DNA from: a virus
Lineage: Duplodnaviria; Caudoviricetes
DNA: 38,782 nucleotides
Strand: one strand, 5' to 3'
IMG/VR virus record: IMGVR_UViG_3300030433_000259
Location: 1 to 38,782 of that record
Position numbers and translations under genes: made by a program. Positions 18,406-26,423 of the stretch are shown here, one piece after another (within the stretch, counting starts at the first letter, position 1; the number at the start of each line of letters is the position of its first letter). The notes beneath the pieces were generated by a model. It searched no databases and was not told where the DNA came from. It worked only from the letters and a program-made list of their open reading frames with translations.

Positions 18406-18639
18406 TTAAGTTACTGTTATTATTATTTTATCTCTCTCGCTGATAATACCATCAGCAAACTGTATTTCAATCTTATCAATATCTCTGCAATCGTGATACT
18501 GAAACTCAGGATCATCTGTAGTATTGTGAAATACTTTTGATTGAAATATGATCTTAGCCTGTGGTGATATTCTGTTTACTTTGCACATCATATCCTTGAA
18601 TGTTTCTGCGTTACACCTCATGTAATTTTTCCTTTCCAT
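18406..18639 (-). CDS. Hypothetical protein
   Basis: Coupled ORF in the early block; true start may be slightly downstream. Confidence 0.6.
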   Translation of the reverse strand: MERKNYMRCNAETFKDMMCKVNRISPQAKIIFQSKVFHNTTDDPEFQYHDCRDIDKIEIQFADGIISERDKIIITVT

Positions 18640-18916
18640 AAAAATCTTTGGGTAGTTGAAAACCCTTGATAATCCTTGATTCTAGAGCCTTGAACATCAA
18701 GTTCTCAACTTCTTTTCTGCCTACAGTCAAAGCTGAACTCTTTGAATCCCAATCGCTTTTGACTTGTGGACCTAGTACACTATCATCAACTGTCAATCTC
18801 CATTTAGTAATACTGTGCTTGAAGTTTGATTTTACTTTTACAATGTTCACAATTATTACTTGGTCTTGACCATATGGAATAGTTGCTTGGTAATGTCCTG
18901 GTCTAATACATTTCAT
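18611..18916 (-). CDS. Hypothetical protein
   Basis: GGAGGT SD before ATG. Confidence 0.7.
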   Translation of the reverse strand: MKCIRPGHYQATIPYGQDQVIIVNIVKVKSNFKHSITKWRLTVDDSVLGPQVKSDWDSKSSALTVGRKEVENLMFKALESRIIKGFQLPKDFYGKEKLHEV

Positions 18917-18925
18917 GTTTACCTC

Positions 18926-19168
18926 CTATCTGGTTTCAAATTTTAACTCCTCTAATTGTTTTAACCAACCTTCTACAGTCGTTATATCTTTTGCTATAGC
19001 AGTTCTTAGTTTCTCAAACTCCTCTAGCATTTCATTTTCTATAAGAAACAAATCATCTAACTGACTGAGTGCAGTTGATTTACTATATCCTTTAATCGCA
19101 TCCCTTGTCGCTAATCTTTGATCCCACAGTCTTGCTTTCAGTACTTTCAAGCCTTCGGTATTCATCAT
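18926..19168 (-). CDS. Hypothetical helical protein
   Basis: GGAG SD; coiled-coil-like C-terminus. Confidence 0.65.
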   Translation of the reverse strand: MMNTEGLKVLKARLWDQRLATRDAIKGYSKSTALSQLDDLFLIENEMLEEFEKLRTAIAKDITTVEGWLKQLEELKFETR

Positions 19169-19304
19169 CTATTACTCCTATCTTGCCATCTCCAAAGCAT
19201 ATATCACATTCATCTGATGCTTCTGGATTGTACGCATCAATAATTATTCCCAGTCCTAGACATCTGAAACATCTACGGAACTTCTGGTTCTGGATTGTTG
19301 TCAT
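19092..19304 (-). CDS. Small DnaJ-type zinc-finger protein
   Basis: CFRCLGLG...CDICFGDG (two CxxCxGxG); AGAAAGG SD before ATG at 19304. Confidence 0.7.
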   Translation of the reverse strand: MTTIQNQKFRRCFRCLGLGIIIDAYNPEASDECDICFGDGKIGVIDDEYRRLESTESKTVGSKISDKGCD

Positions 19305-19500
19305 GTTCAAACCTTTCTCTGACCATCTCGCTGATCTCAGATACATAAATTAGTTTTACTTTCTCTCGTAACATTTGATTTGTTACTTTATCTGTCAGTT
19401 CCTCGAGAGTATCACAATGCTCATAATACATTGAGTAAATGACATCAAATCTATCTAGCTCATCCTTTGTGAAACTATCCTGTGGTTGTGGTAACTGCAT
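19273..19500 (-). CDS. Hypothetical protein
   Basis: GGAGG SD; TAATG coupling. Confidence 0.65.
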   Translation of the reverse strand: MQLPQPQDSFTKDELDRFDVIYSMYYEHCDTLEELTDKVTNQMLREKVKLIYVSEISEMVRERFEHDNNPEPEVP

Positions 19501-19814
19501 TACTTCCTCCTTGATTTTGTAGTTTTAATATCTGGTTCAGGTATATCCTTTAGTGTAATTGCAATCTTTGTAATCCTGTTACACAAGAATACCAAACCAA
19601 CCCAGATAGGTGCTGCCACAACTGACATTACCAATGTGGGATTGATACCGAAGAACAAACTGAAGGCGATAAGACCACCACCAAGACCAATGTAAAATAG
19701 TACAAATGTACCAATATACTCTGCTCTGGTTTTGAACTTACCAGTTACAATATTCTTCAACACATACTCGAAAAACTTATCGAAGTATGAAAACATAAGT
19801 GAAATGCTACGCAT
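19500..19814 (-). CDS. Two-TM membrane protein
   Basis: Two hydrophobic segments; AAGGAG SD. Confidence 0.7.
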   Translation of the reverse strand: MRSISLMFSYFDKFFEYVLKNIVTGKFKTRAEYIGTFVLFYIGLGGGLIAFSLFFGINPTLVMSVVAAPIWVGLVFLCNRITKIAITLKDIPEPDIKTTKSRRK

Positions 19815-19924
19815 ATTATTTCTCCTTCCGTAACTTATCTTATCAAATACATTCGGTATTAGCTACTTTATTCCGAATTTTTTTTAGTAGGAATGGTGGG
19901 ATATACCCACCACTCCAGTTAGTA

Positions 19925-20431
19925 TTAGTATCCAAAGGCTTCTTTAGATAATCTTTTTGTATCTGCAATCTCCTCTTCAGTCATCTGTGACATAGTCCTC
20001 ATATTACCCTGAGATGGCTTTGCCACTTTCCTCTGATTCCATTCCATTTGATACAGTTGTTTGTACAAATCAGAACACGCTTTGTGTATTGCTGTGTACT
20101 TGTCCTCCAATGCGTTCCAAGTCTTACCCTGTGCTAACAGATTGTCAGCATTGATAGTACTGATCTCTGTACCATCTGGTGCTTGTCTTTCATGCAGAAA
20201 AGTCTGCTCATAGACATCCTTGTAGTACTTAGCATTTTTCTTGAATGACTGTATACTCTTGTAAGTACTGTTGCATATCTGCCACAGTAGTAGATCTGTG
20301 TAGACACGATCTATCTCACAGTTCTCATCAACGAGAGTACCAATCCAAGATGCCCAATCTTGTGATTGATGGTAGTGTATACTACCAATAGTAGCATCAT
20401 CAGTAGTCAGTTTAGTTGGTGCTTTGTTCAT
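19925..20431 (-). CDS. Hypothetical early protein
   Basis: 168 aa; GGAGGT SD. Confidence 0.75.
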   Translation of the reverse strand: MNKAPTKLTTDDATIGSIHYHQSQDWASWIGTLVDENCEIDRVYTDLLLWQICNSTYKSIQSFKKNAKYYKDVYEQTFLHERQAPDGTEISTINADNLLAQGKTWNALEDKYTAIHKACSDLYKQLYQMEWNQRKVAKPSQGNMRTMSQMTEEEIADTKRLSKEAFGY

Positions 20432-20582
20432 TTAGTACCTCCATATTCTCATCAAAGTCATGCTGATTGTTTACTGTTTCAGCATATTCCCTCCATAGTC
20501 TAGCAATCTCAGGTTTACCCTGTTCATCTGCTTCTCTTGCTTTATCTAAGCAATCTAGATATTTGTATTCAGAATCAGTCAT
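20412..20582 (-). CDS. 56-aa hypothetical protein (MTDSEYKYLDCLDKAREADEQGK..., not in ORF track)
   Basis: AAGGAG SD; fills the gap and overlaps both neighbours. Confidence 0.7.
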   Translation of the reverse strand: MTDSEYKYLDCLDKAREADEQGKPEIARLWREYAETVNNQHDFDENMEVLNEQSTN

Positions 20583-20763
20583 TTTGATTCTCCTTCCTTT
20601 TATTTATTTGCTTTCGCAATTCCTCTATGGCGTCATGCCATCCTTCATAATATTCCCATGATACATCTGAATCATAGGCTTTAGATAGCTGATCTGATTT
20701 TGCAATCTCCATTGAAAGTCTCAGATCTAGTAACAATGTAGAATTTTTATCAAGAGTTTTCAT
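20575..20763 (-). CDS. First leftward (early) hypothetical protein
   Basis: AAAGGAG SD at ~20772-20778. Confidence 0.65.
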   Translation of the reverse strand: MKTLDKNSTLLLDLRLSMEIAKSDQLSKAYDSDVSWEYYEGWHDAIEELRKQINKRKENQND

Positions 20764-20928
20764 AATATAATCTCCTTTCTTGATTCCTCGATTAGTGCAT
20801 AGTCTTTAGTCCTAGTTTACGAGGAACGAGTTTATCATATTGATCGCAGTCTATTTGGACTGTCGTCAATATGACAATCTTTCGTGGTTAGCGATACTTA
20901 TCGCAGCGAAAGATTGCTTGGACTACTA

Positions 20929-20937
20929 TGCTATAAT
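20929..20937 (+). promoter_or_regulatory. Perfect extended -10 element TGcTATAAT
   Basis: Exact TGnTATAAT in the divergent intergenic region, facing the late genes. Confidence 0.5.
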
Positions 20938-21026
20938 TGAGAATCAAGAGAGAGAGATAGCAGCGAAGATCATATGCGTAAGCACATTCATCTCGCAAGA
21001 GATGATATGGAAAGATCGAAAGCTGC

Positions 21027-21054
21027 CGATCCGTGAGGATCGTTTACATTTTTT
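21027..21054 (+). terminator. Putative intrinsic terminator before terS
   Basis: CGATCC-GTGA-GGATCG followed by TTTACATTTTTT. Confidence 0.55.
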
Positions 21055-21092
21055 AACTTGACATGGTTACGATCATGTTTACATCTATCGTA

Positions 21093-21479
21093 ATGGCAAG
21101 AACACAATTAGGAAAGAAAGATGGTTTGACATACAAACAAAGGTTATTAGTTGATACCCTCGTAGCCACAGGATGTACCATAACCGAAGCAAGTCAGAAG
21201 GCAGGTTATTCAAGGGGAGAAAGTGGTAGAGTAGTAGCTAGTAGGACACTACGATTACCAAAGGTACAAGCGTACCTACAACAGGAAGTGTCCAACAAGT
21301 TAGGACTAGGATCAGTCCACGCATCCTCAACTCTCCTACACTTAATACAAAATGGGAAGAGTGAGTATGTAAGACTGGAAGCTAGTAAGGACCTACTCGA
21401 TAGGATAGGGATGAAGGCTCCTGATAAGGTACAGCATCAGGTCGCAGGAAACATCTCTATCAACATAGACTTAGATTAG
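21093..21479 (+). CDS. terS: Terminase small subunit
   Basis: LTYKQRLLVD...TITEASQKAGYS HTH, RLEASKDLLDR; start probably 21093 (ORF track gives 21063). Confidence 0.8.
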   Translation: MARTQLGKKDGLTYKQRLLVDTLVATGCTITEASQKAGYSRGESGRVVASRTLRLPKVQAYLQQEVSNKLGLGSVHASSTLLHLIQNGKSEYVRLEASKDLLDRIGMKAPDKVQHQVAGNISINIDLD

Positions 21480-21587
21480 GACATGGGGGTCCAAAAAGTA
21501 CAAACACATACAACAAAAAGGTAGTGTACACACAATATAGTTGAAAAAAGCATTTCAAAAAAATATTTATTGTAGTAAGGTTCGAGC

Positions 21588-21893
21588 ATGGTTAAAGCAA
21601 ACAATACGCTGTATAAATCAGCTAATGTAAAAAAAAACATAGATAAGTCTGCTGTAAATAAAGCCACTATTGGTTTTAACGAATGGTATTCTAGTTTATC
21701 TGAAAACCAAATTAATAGATTTCAAGAAATAGGTTATAATAAAGATAGACTATTAAAAGGTTATTTAGCAGACAGGGGTGCTTTAGGATTTAAAGCCATG
21801 CTTATGAATAAAGATAATCCAAATACTATTTCTGCAAAATTAGTAATTAATAGTGTAAAAAAATGGGCATCTAGTTTATTCAAAAAGGATTAA
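21588..21893 (+). CDS. Hypothetical protein
   Basis: 101-aa ORF, TAATG-coupled to the next gene. Confidence 0.6.
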   Translation: MVKANNTLYKSANVKKNIDKSAVNKATIGFNEWYSSLSENQINRFQEIGYNKDRLLKGYLADRGALGFKAMLMNKDNPNTISAKLVINSVKKWASSLFKKD

Positions 21894-22150
21894 TGGCAGA
21901 TCCTAGACTAAAGAGAGCTGGAGTAAGTGGTTATAACAAACCAAAGAGAACTCCAGGTCATAAAACCAAATCACACATAGTAGTAGCTAAATCTGGTAAT
22001 AAGATTAAGACGATTCGGTTTGGGCAACAGGGTAAAACAGGAGATAGAACTATGACAAAGAGAGCAAAGTCTTTTAAGGCAAGACACGCAAAGAATATAG
22101 CCAAAGGTAATATGTCAGCAGCATATTGGGCAAACAAGGTGAAGTGGTGA
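21893..22150 (+). CDS. Small basic phage protein
   Basis: KTIRFGQQG...KSFKARH...AAYWANKVKW motif; SD AAAGGA. Confidence 0.75.
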   Translation: MADPRLKRAGVSGYNKPKRTPGHKTKSHIVVAKSGNKIKTIRFGQQGKTGDRTMTKRAKSFKARHAKNIAKGNMSAAYWANKVKW

Positions 22151-22314
22151 GTACAGTTAATAAAGCTGGTAACTATACAAAGCCAGGTATGAGGAAAAGA
22201 ATATTTAATAGAATTAAAGCTGGTGGAAAAGGTGGGAAGCCTGGACAATGGAGTGCAAGGAAGGCGCAAATGTTAGCACTAGCTTATAAGAAGGCAGGAG
22301 GTGGTTATAAATGA
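22147..22314 (+). CDS. Small basic protein (GGKPGQWSARKAQ family)
   Basis: GTGA overlap start; YTKPGMRKRIF...GQWSARKAQML...GGGYK. Confidence 0.7.
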   Translation: MSTVNKAGNYTKPGMRKRIFNRIKAGGKGGKPGQWSARKAQMLALAYKKAGGGYK

Positions 22315-22466
22315 TGAAGTCTGTTAAAGCTCCAGCTGGTTTCCATTGGATGAAAACAAAGAATGGTGGATACAAGCTAATGAAGCATAGTGGTCCATTC
22401 AAAGCACATAAAGGTGCTAGTCTAACTGCAAAATTTAATATACAAAAGAAACATGGCTCTAGCTAA
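22311..22466 (+). CDS. 51-aa basic protein (MMKSVKAPAGFHWMK..., not in ORF track)
   Basis: GGAGGT SD; ATGA overlap. Confidence 0.7.
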   Translation: MMKSVKAPAGFHWMKTKNGGYKLMKHSGPFKAHKGASLTAKFNIQKKHGSS

Positions 22467-22701
22467 ATCACAACGCAGTTTAAAGGCGTGGACTAAACAA
22501 AAGTGGCGTACAAAGTCAGGAAAGCCATCTGCTAAGACTGGTGAAAGATATTTACCAGAGGCAGCAATAAAAGCACTTACTCCTGAAGAGTATGCTAGAA
22601 CAACTAGAGCTAAACGGAAAGGTAGTAGAAAAGGGAAGCAGTTTGTAAAGCAACCTAAATCTATTGCAGCAAAAACAAGAGCATATAGGAGAGTAACATG
22701 A
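22453..22701 (+). CDS. Small basic protein, DUF5872-like
   Basis: QRSLKAWTKQKWRT...ERYLP...GKQFVKQP. Confidence 0.7.
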   Translation: MALAKSQRSLKAWTKQKWRTKSGKPSAKTGERYLPEAAIKALTPEEYARTTRAKRKGSRKGKQFVKQPKSIAAKTRAYRRVT

Positions 22702-22808
22702 AACACGGAATGAAAATGAAGCCTAAGACTAAGAAAGCAAAGAAACAGGCAGCTACAGCTATGGCTATGAAGAAAGCTGGTAAGAAGCCTAAGATGAAGA
22801 GTTACTAA
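22698..22808 (+). CDS. 36-aa Lys/Met-rich peptide (not in ORF track)
   Basis: GGAG SD; ATGA and TAATG couplings; MKHGMKMKPKTKKAKKQAATAMAMKKAGKKPKMKSY. Confidence 0.7.
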   Translation: MKHGMKMKPKTKKAKKQAATAMAMKKAGKKPKMKSY

Positions 22809-22936
22809 TGCCTTTTAGTAAATACTCTAAAAAACAGAAAGGTCTTGCTGCTATGTATGGTGATAAAAAGAAAATAACCAGAGGCGACATCATCATGGCA
22901 GCTAAGAAAAATAAAAAGAAAAAGAAAAGGAGCTAG
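22808..22936 (+). CDS. 42-aa Lys-rich peptide (not in ORF track)
   Basis: TAATG coupling; MPFSKYSKKQ...KKITRGDII...KKNKKKKKRS. Confidence 0.7.
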   Translation: MPFSKYSKKQKGLAAMYGDKKKITRGDIIMAAKKNKKKKKRS

Positions 22937-22937
22937 T

Positions 22938-23045
22938 ATGTTTGAACAAATACTTGATCGTTGGGATCGTTTAAACAAAAAAGGAAAAGGTATTGTTATT
23001 GCTATTTTAGTTGTTGCTATAATAGCTATTGCTAAAGCTGTATGA
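22938..23045 (+). CDS. 35-aa single-TM membrane peptide (not in ORF track)
   Basis: AAGGAG SD; GIVIAILVVAIIAIAKAV; ATGA overlap with the next gene. Confidence 0.7.
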   Translation: MFEQILDRWDRLNKKGKGIVIAILVVAIIAIAKAV

Positions 23046-23239
23046 CACAGCAATACGCACAAGACGAAATATCTTTTCAAGATCGTATGAGATTAAGAAA
23101 GATAGTGAAGAAAGTGCATTTTGCACACTATCCTAAGGATCTTATTACAGACAAAGAAGCAGATCTTTTTATAGAATCATTACTGCCTGAAACTATTTAT
23201 AAGTTAATCAAAGCTGGTATTGATTCCAATAATGTGTGA
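23042..23239 (+). CDS. Hypothetical protein upstream of terL
   Basis: Coupled at both ends. Confidence 0.7.
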   Translation: MTQQYAQDEISFQDRMRLRKIVKKVHFAHYPKDLITDKEADLFIESLLPETIYKLIKAGIDSNNV

Positions 23240-24759
23240 GTGGACTAGATTATAAAGCACCTGGAGAAGTTATCAAAACCTTTATGAAGGATGATAGCTT
23301 CTTTAGAGGTGTACGAGGTCCAGTAGGATCAGGTAAATCAGTATCTTGTTGTATAGAAATATTTAGAAGAGCTGCCAAACAACAAGCATCACCTGATGGT
23401 AAAAAGAAATCAAGATGGGCAGTAATCAGAAATACAAACCCTCAGTTAAAAACTACTACCATGAAAACATGGTTAGATTGGTTTCCAGAAAATATATTTG
23501 GTAATTTTACTTACTCAGTTCCTTTTACTCATAACATACATATCAATGATATAGAGTTAGAAGTTATATTTTTAGCATTAGATAGACCAGAAGATGTAAA
23601 GAAACTACTATCATTAGAACTAACAGGAGTATGGATTAATGAAGCTAGAGAGATTCCTAAATCTATTGTAGATGCTTGTACTATGCGTGTAGGCAGATAT
23701 CCAGCAGTAAAAGATGGTGGACCCACATGGTATGGTGTTATAGCAGATACCAACGCACCAGATGAAGATCATTGGTGGTCTATTATGTCAGGGGAAGTAC
23801 CAGTACCAGATCATATGAATCAAGAAGAATCATTGATGTTAGTTAAGCCTGACAACTGGAAGTTTTTTGTACAACCACCTGGAATGATAGAACTAAAAGA
23901 AGATGATAAGATCAAGGGGTACGACATCAATACGACAGCTGAAAATATAAAAAATGTTACAGAAAATTACTATCCCAATATTATTAGGGGTAAATCAAAG
24001 TCATGGATAGATGTCTATGTACTTAATAGATTAGGAACAATCGAAGATGGTAAGTTAGTATATGGTTCTTTTAGAGAAGATACACATATTGCTAGTGAAG
24101 ATATACAGTTTGCAAACACTACAGTATACATAGGTTTAGACTTTGGACTTACACCATCAGCTGTGTTTGGTCAAAAGCTACCTGATGGTAGATGGATAAT
24201 AAACCATGAGTTAGTTTGTTTTGATATTGGTACAGTAAAGTTTAGTGAAATGCTTAAACATGAAATAATAAAGCATTGTGCAGACAAAGATTTAAAAATA
24301 TTTGGTGATCCAGCTGGAGATTTTAGGGCGCAAACAGATGAAACTACTCCTTTTCAGATACTTAGACAACAAGGTATCCAAGCCTTTCCAGCTCCATCAA
24401 ATGATGTATCTCTACGAATAGAATCAGTAGAAGCTGCATTAAATAGGATGGTTGATGGTAAGTCTGGTTTCTTACTATCGCCATCCTGTAAACAACTAAG
24501 AAAAGGCTTTCTTGGTGGATATCACTACAGAAGAATACAAGCATCAGGTGAAAGGTATGAAGATAGACCAAACAAGAACAAATACTCCCATGTCCATGAT
24601 GCACTACAATATTTGATGCTAGGTGCTGGAGAAGGTAGATCTTTGACAGTAGGATCACAAAAACCAGCTGTTACAAATGTTTACAGTTCTTGGGATATAT
24701 TTAATAGAAATAGTATGAATAAACGAGGTAAATGGGATATTTTTCGAAAGAATGGTTAG
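23236..24759 (+). CDS. terL: Terminase large subunit
   Basis: Walker A GPVGSGKS, Walker B WINEA, nuclease GLDFG and HVHDALQY. Confidence 0.96.
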   Translation: MSGLDYKAPGEVIKTFMKDDSFFRGVRGPVGSGKSVSCCIEIFRRAAKQQASPDGKKKSRWAVIRNTNPQLKTTTMKTWLDWFPENIFGNFTYSVPFTHNIHINDIELEVIFLALDRPEDVKKLLSLELTGVWINEAREIPKSIVDACTMRVGRYPAVKDGGPTWYGVIADTNAPDEDHWWSIMSGEVPVPDHMNQEESLMLVKPDNWKFFVQPPGMIELKEDDKIKGYDINTTAENIKNVTENYYPNIIRGKSKSWIDVYVLNRLGTIEDGKLVYGSFREDTHIASEDIQFANTTVYIGLDFGLTPSAVFGQKLPDGRWIINHELVCFDIGTVKFSEMLKHEIIKHCADKDLKIFGDPAGDFRAQTDETTPFQILRQQGIQAFPAPSNDVSLRIESVEAALNRMVDGKSGFLLSPSCKQLRKGFLGGYHYRRIQASGERYEDRPNKNKYSHVHDALQYLMLGAGEGRSLTVGSQKPAVTNVYSSWDIFNRNSMNKRGKWDIFRKNG

Positions 24760-25172
24760 TATTCTTTTATGATCCACCTAATGAAGAGTGGTATCACATA
24801 TTTAGAAAAAAGGGCATGGCTCATTGTGGAGCTTGTTATTATGATACCCAAAAAGGTGTATGGGTTGTTTTAGAACATATACACAAAAGACTAGATGTAT
24901 CTATTTTACAAGGTGATGAAGTAGATAGAGTATTTGGATATATACTATCAAACAATGGTACTTTTCTAAAAACTAAAAGATTCAAACATAAATGGAGATT
25001 ATTCCAAGCAGCATGGTTACGAGAACATAGTTGTGTCACAATAGTTATGAGGTTGATTGGAATAAATAGATTGATTATTACGCCTTTTCAGTTATATAAA
25101 TACTTAGTAAAGAATGGAAGCACTAAATGGGCATTTTTAGAACACCAAAATACAAACCAGATCCAGAGCTAG
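24732..25172 (+). CDS. Permuted papain-like (NlpC/P60) peptidase/amidase candidate
   Basis: His motif (AHCG) precedes Cys motif (HSCVT), then TPFQLYKYL. Confidence 0.5.
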   Translation: MGYFSKEWLVFFYDPPNEEWYHIFRKKGMAHCGACYYDTQKGVWVVLEHIHKRLDVSILQGDEVDRVFGYILSNNGTFLKTKRFKHKWRLFQAAWLREHSCVTIVMRLIGINRLIITPFQLYKYLVKNGSTKWAFLEHQNTNQIQS

Positions 25173-25339
25173 AAAAAAGGCTCAAAGAAGAAAGAGAAGA
25201 AGCTGAAAGACAAAAAGAAGAGCTAGAAGCAAAAGATAAAAGATTTAAAGAAAGATTTGCAAAAGGTATTATTGGTCAAAGAAGTTTATTTAGTAGAGCA
25301 AGTGGACAAGGTTTTTACACAGATGGAGAACAAACATAA
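25127..25339 (+). CDS. Small virion-associated hypothetical protein
   Basis: Charged helix plus RSLF motif, upstream of portal. Confidence 0.65.
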   Translation: MGIFRTPKYKPDPELEKRLKEEREEAERQKEELEAKDKRFKERFAKGIIGQRSLFSRASGQGFYTDGEQT

Positions 25340-25686
25340 TGGTTGAAACTAACTCATCAATGTTACCAACATCAGGTAAAAGAAAAACAGTTATGCAAAC
25401 TGAAATGGATGATGGTAGAATAGCTATAAATATTATGGGATATTCTTTATTTGCAGCAAAAAAATTAGATAAAGATCAAATAGCTGGGGTAAGAGAAGAA
25501 TTAAGTAAATTGGATTCACTAATACAAAAAAGAAAAGATGAAGATTTATCTGATGAAGAAAAACAACAATTACGAAGTATAGCTATGAATTTAGGCAAAA
25601 CATATAAAATTAGTAATATTACAAGTCGTGATGTATCTATGATAGTTCCAAATATAGAAAAAGGTGTAAAGGTACAAAAAAAGTAA
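25339..25686 (+). CDS. Hypothetical protein
   Basis: TAATG coupled. Confidence 0.65.
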   Translation: MVETNSSMLPTSGKRKTVMQTEMDDGRIAINIMGYSLFAAKKLDKDQIAGVREELSKLDSLIQKRKDEDLSDEEKQQLRSIAMNLGKTYKISNITSRDVSMIVPNIEKGVKVQKK

Positions 25687-26423
25687 TGGGAGCTAGTACA
25701 TCAGCATCATCTAGTAAAGATCCTAATTTTAGTATGGCTGCCTCTACTGGTGGTACACCAAATATTATAAATCAAAATGCAAAGATAAAAAGAGCTGGTA
25801 AAAAAGCAGATGAATTTGCTAGAGAAAAATTAGGTATTACACAAACAGGAAATGCAATATTTGCTACCAATACTGGTGGTAATCAAATGTATGGTAGTGA
25901 ATATCAAAAAGCTAGAAATGAATATTTAGCATCACAAGGTTTAGGTACAATAAATAAAGAAACAGGATCTTTTACTGCTGGTGTACAAACAGATAAAGGA
26001 TTAACATTTACAGATACTACTAGAGGTGCATATAGAGAAGCTAATAGATATAGAATACCATTATCAAAACAAATGTTTGAATCACAACAGAAATTTCAAA
26101 TGGGATTAGCTGGAGTTACAGCACTAGCTGGTGTTCCATTAATACCAAGTATATTACTATCCACATCACAAACACCTTACTCTAGTTATATAAACAGTAC
26201 ATCAACTAGAGGTTTTTATGATTTTTCAGATAGTCCAGTACCAGACAAAAACAAAACACAAGGTATGACACCTCCAGAAGCAAATCAATTTAATACAATG
26301 ACGGAAGCAGAAAGAGAAGCAGAAAGAAAAAGAAGAAGAGCAGCAAGTGGACAGGGAGATCTTGCTGCTAATACAAGATCATTATTTTCAACTATAGCAC
26401 AAACTTTTGGTGGATCAGGTTAA
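25686..26423 (+). CDS. Hypothetical (likely virion) protein
   Basis: Gly/Thr-rich, C-terminal RSLF motif, TAATG coupled to portal. Confidence 0.65.
   Translation: MGASTSASSSKDPNFSMAASTGGTPNIINQNAKIKRAGKKADEFAREKLGITQTGNAIFATNTGGNQMYGSEYQKARNEYLASQGLGTINKETGSFTAGVQTDKGLTFTDTTRGAYREANRYRIPLSKQMFESQQKFQMGLAGVTALAGVPLIPSILLSTSQTPYSSYINSTSTRGFYDFSDSPVPDKNKTQGMTPPEANQFNTMTEAEREAERKRRRAASGQGDLAANTRSLFSTIAQTFGGSG

Larger units (their letters stand above)
20770..21054 (+). other. Large multi-branched inverted-repeat structure (structured RNA or ssDNA origin candidate)
   Basis: Nested stems 20778-20812/20920-20949, hairpins 20835-74 and 20875-916, second domain 20960-21026, three C-GNRA-G loops. Confidence 0.75.

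Noticed and set aside
20840-21061. 73-aa + strand ORF in the divergent region
   Set aside because: TTG start without a well-placed SD; it lies wholly within the dense inverted-repeat structure and runs through the terminator.
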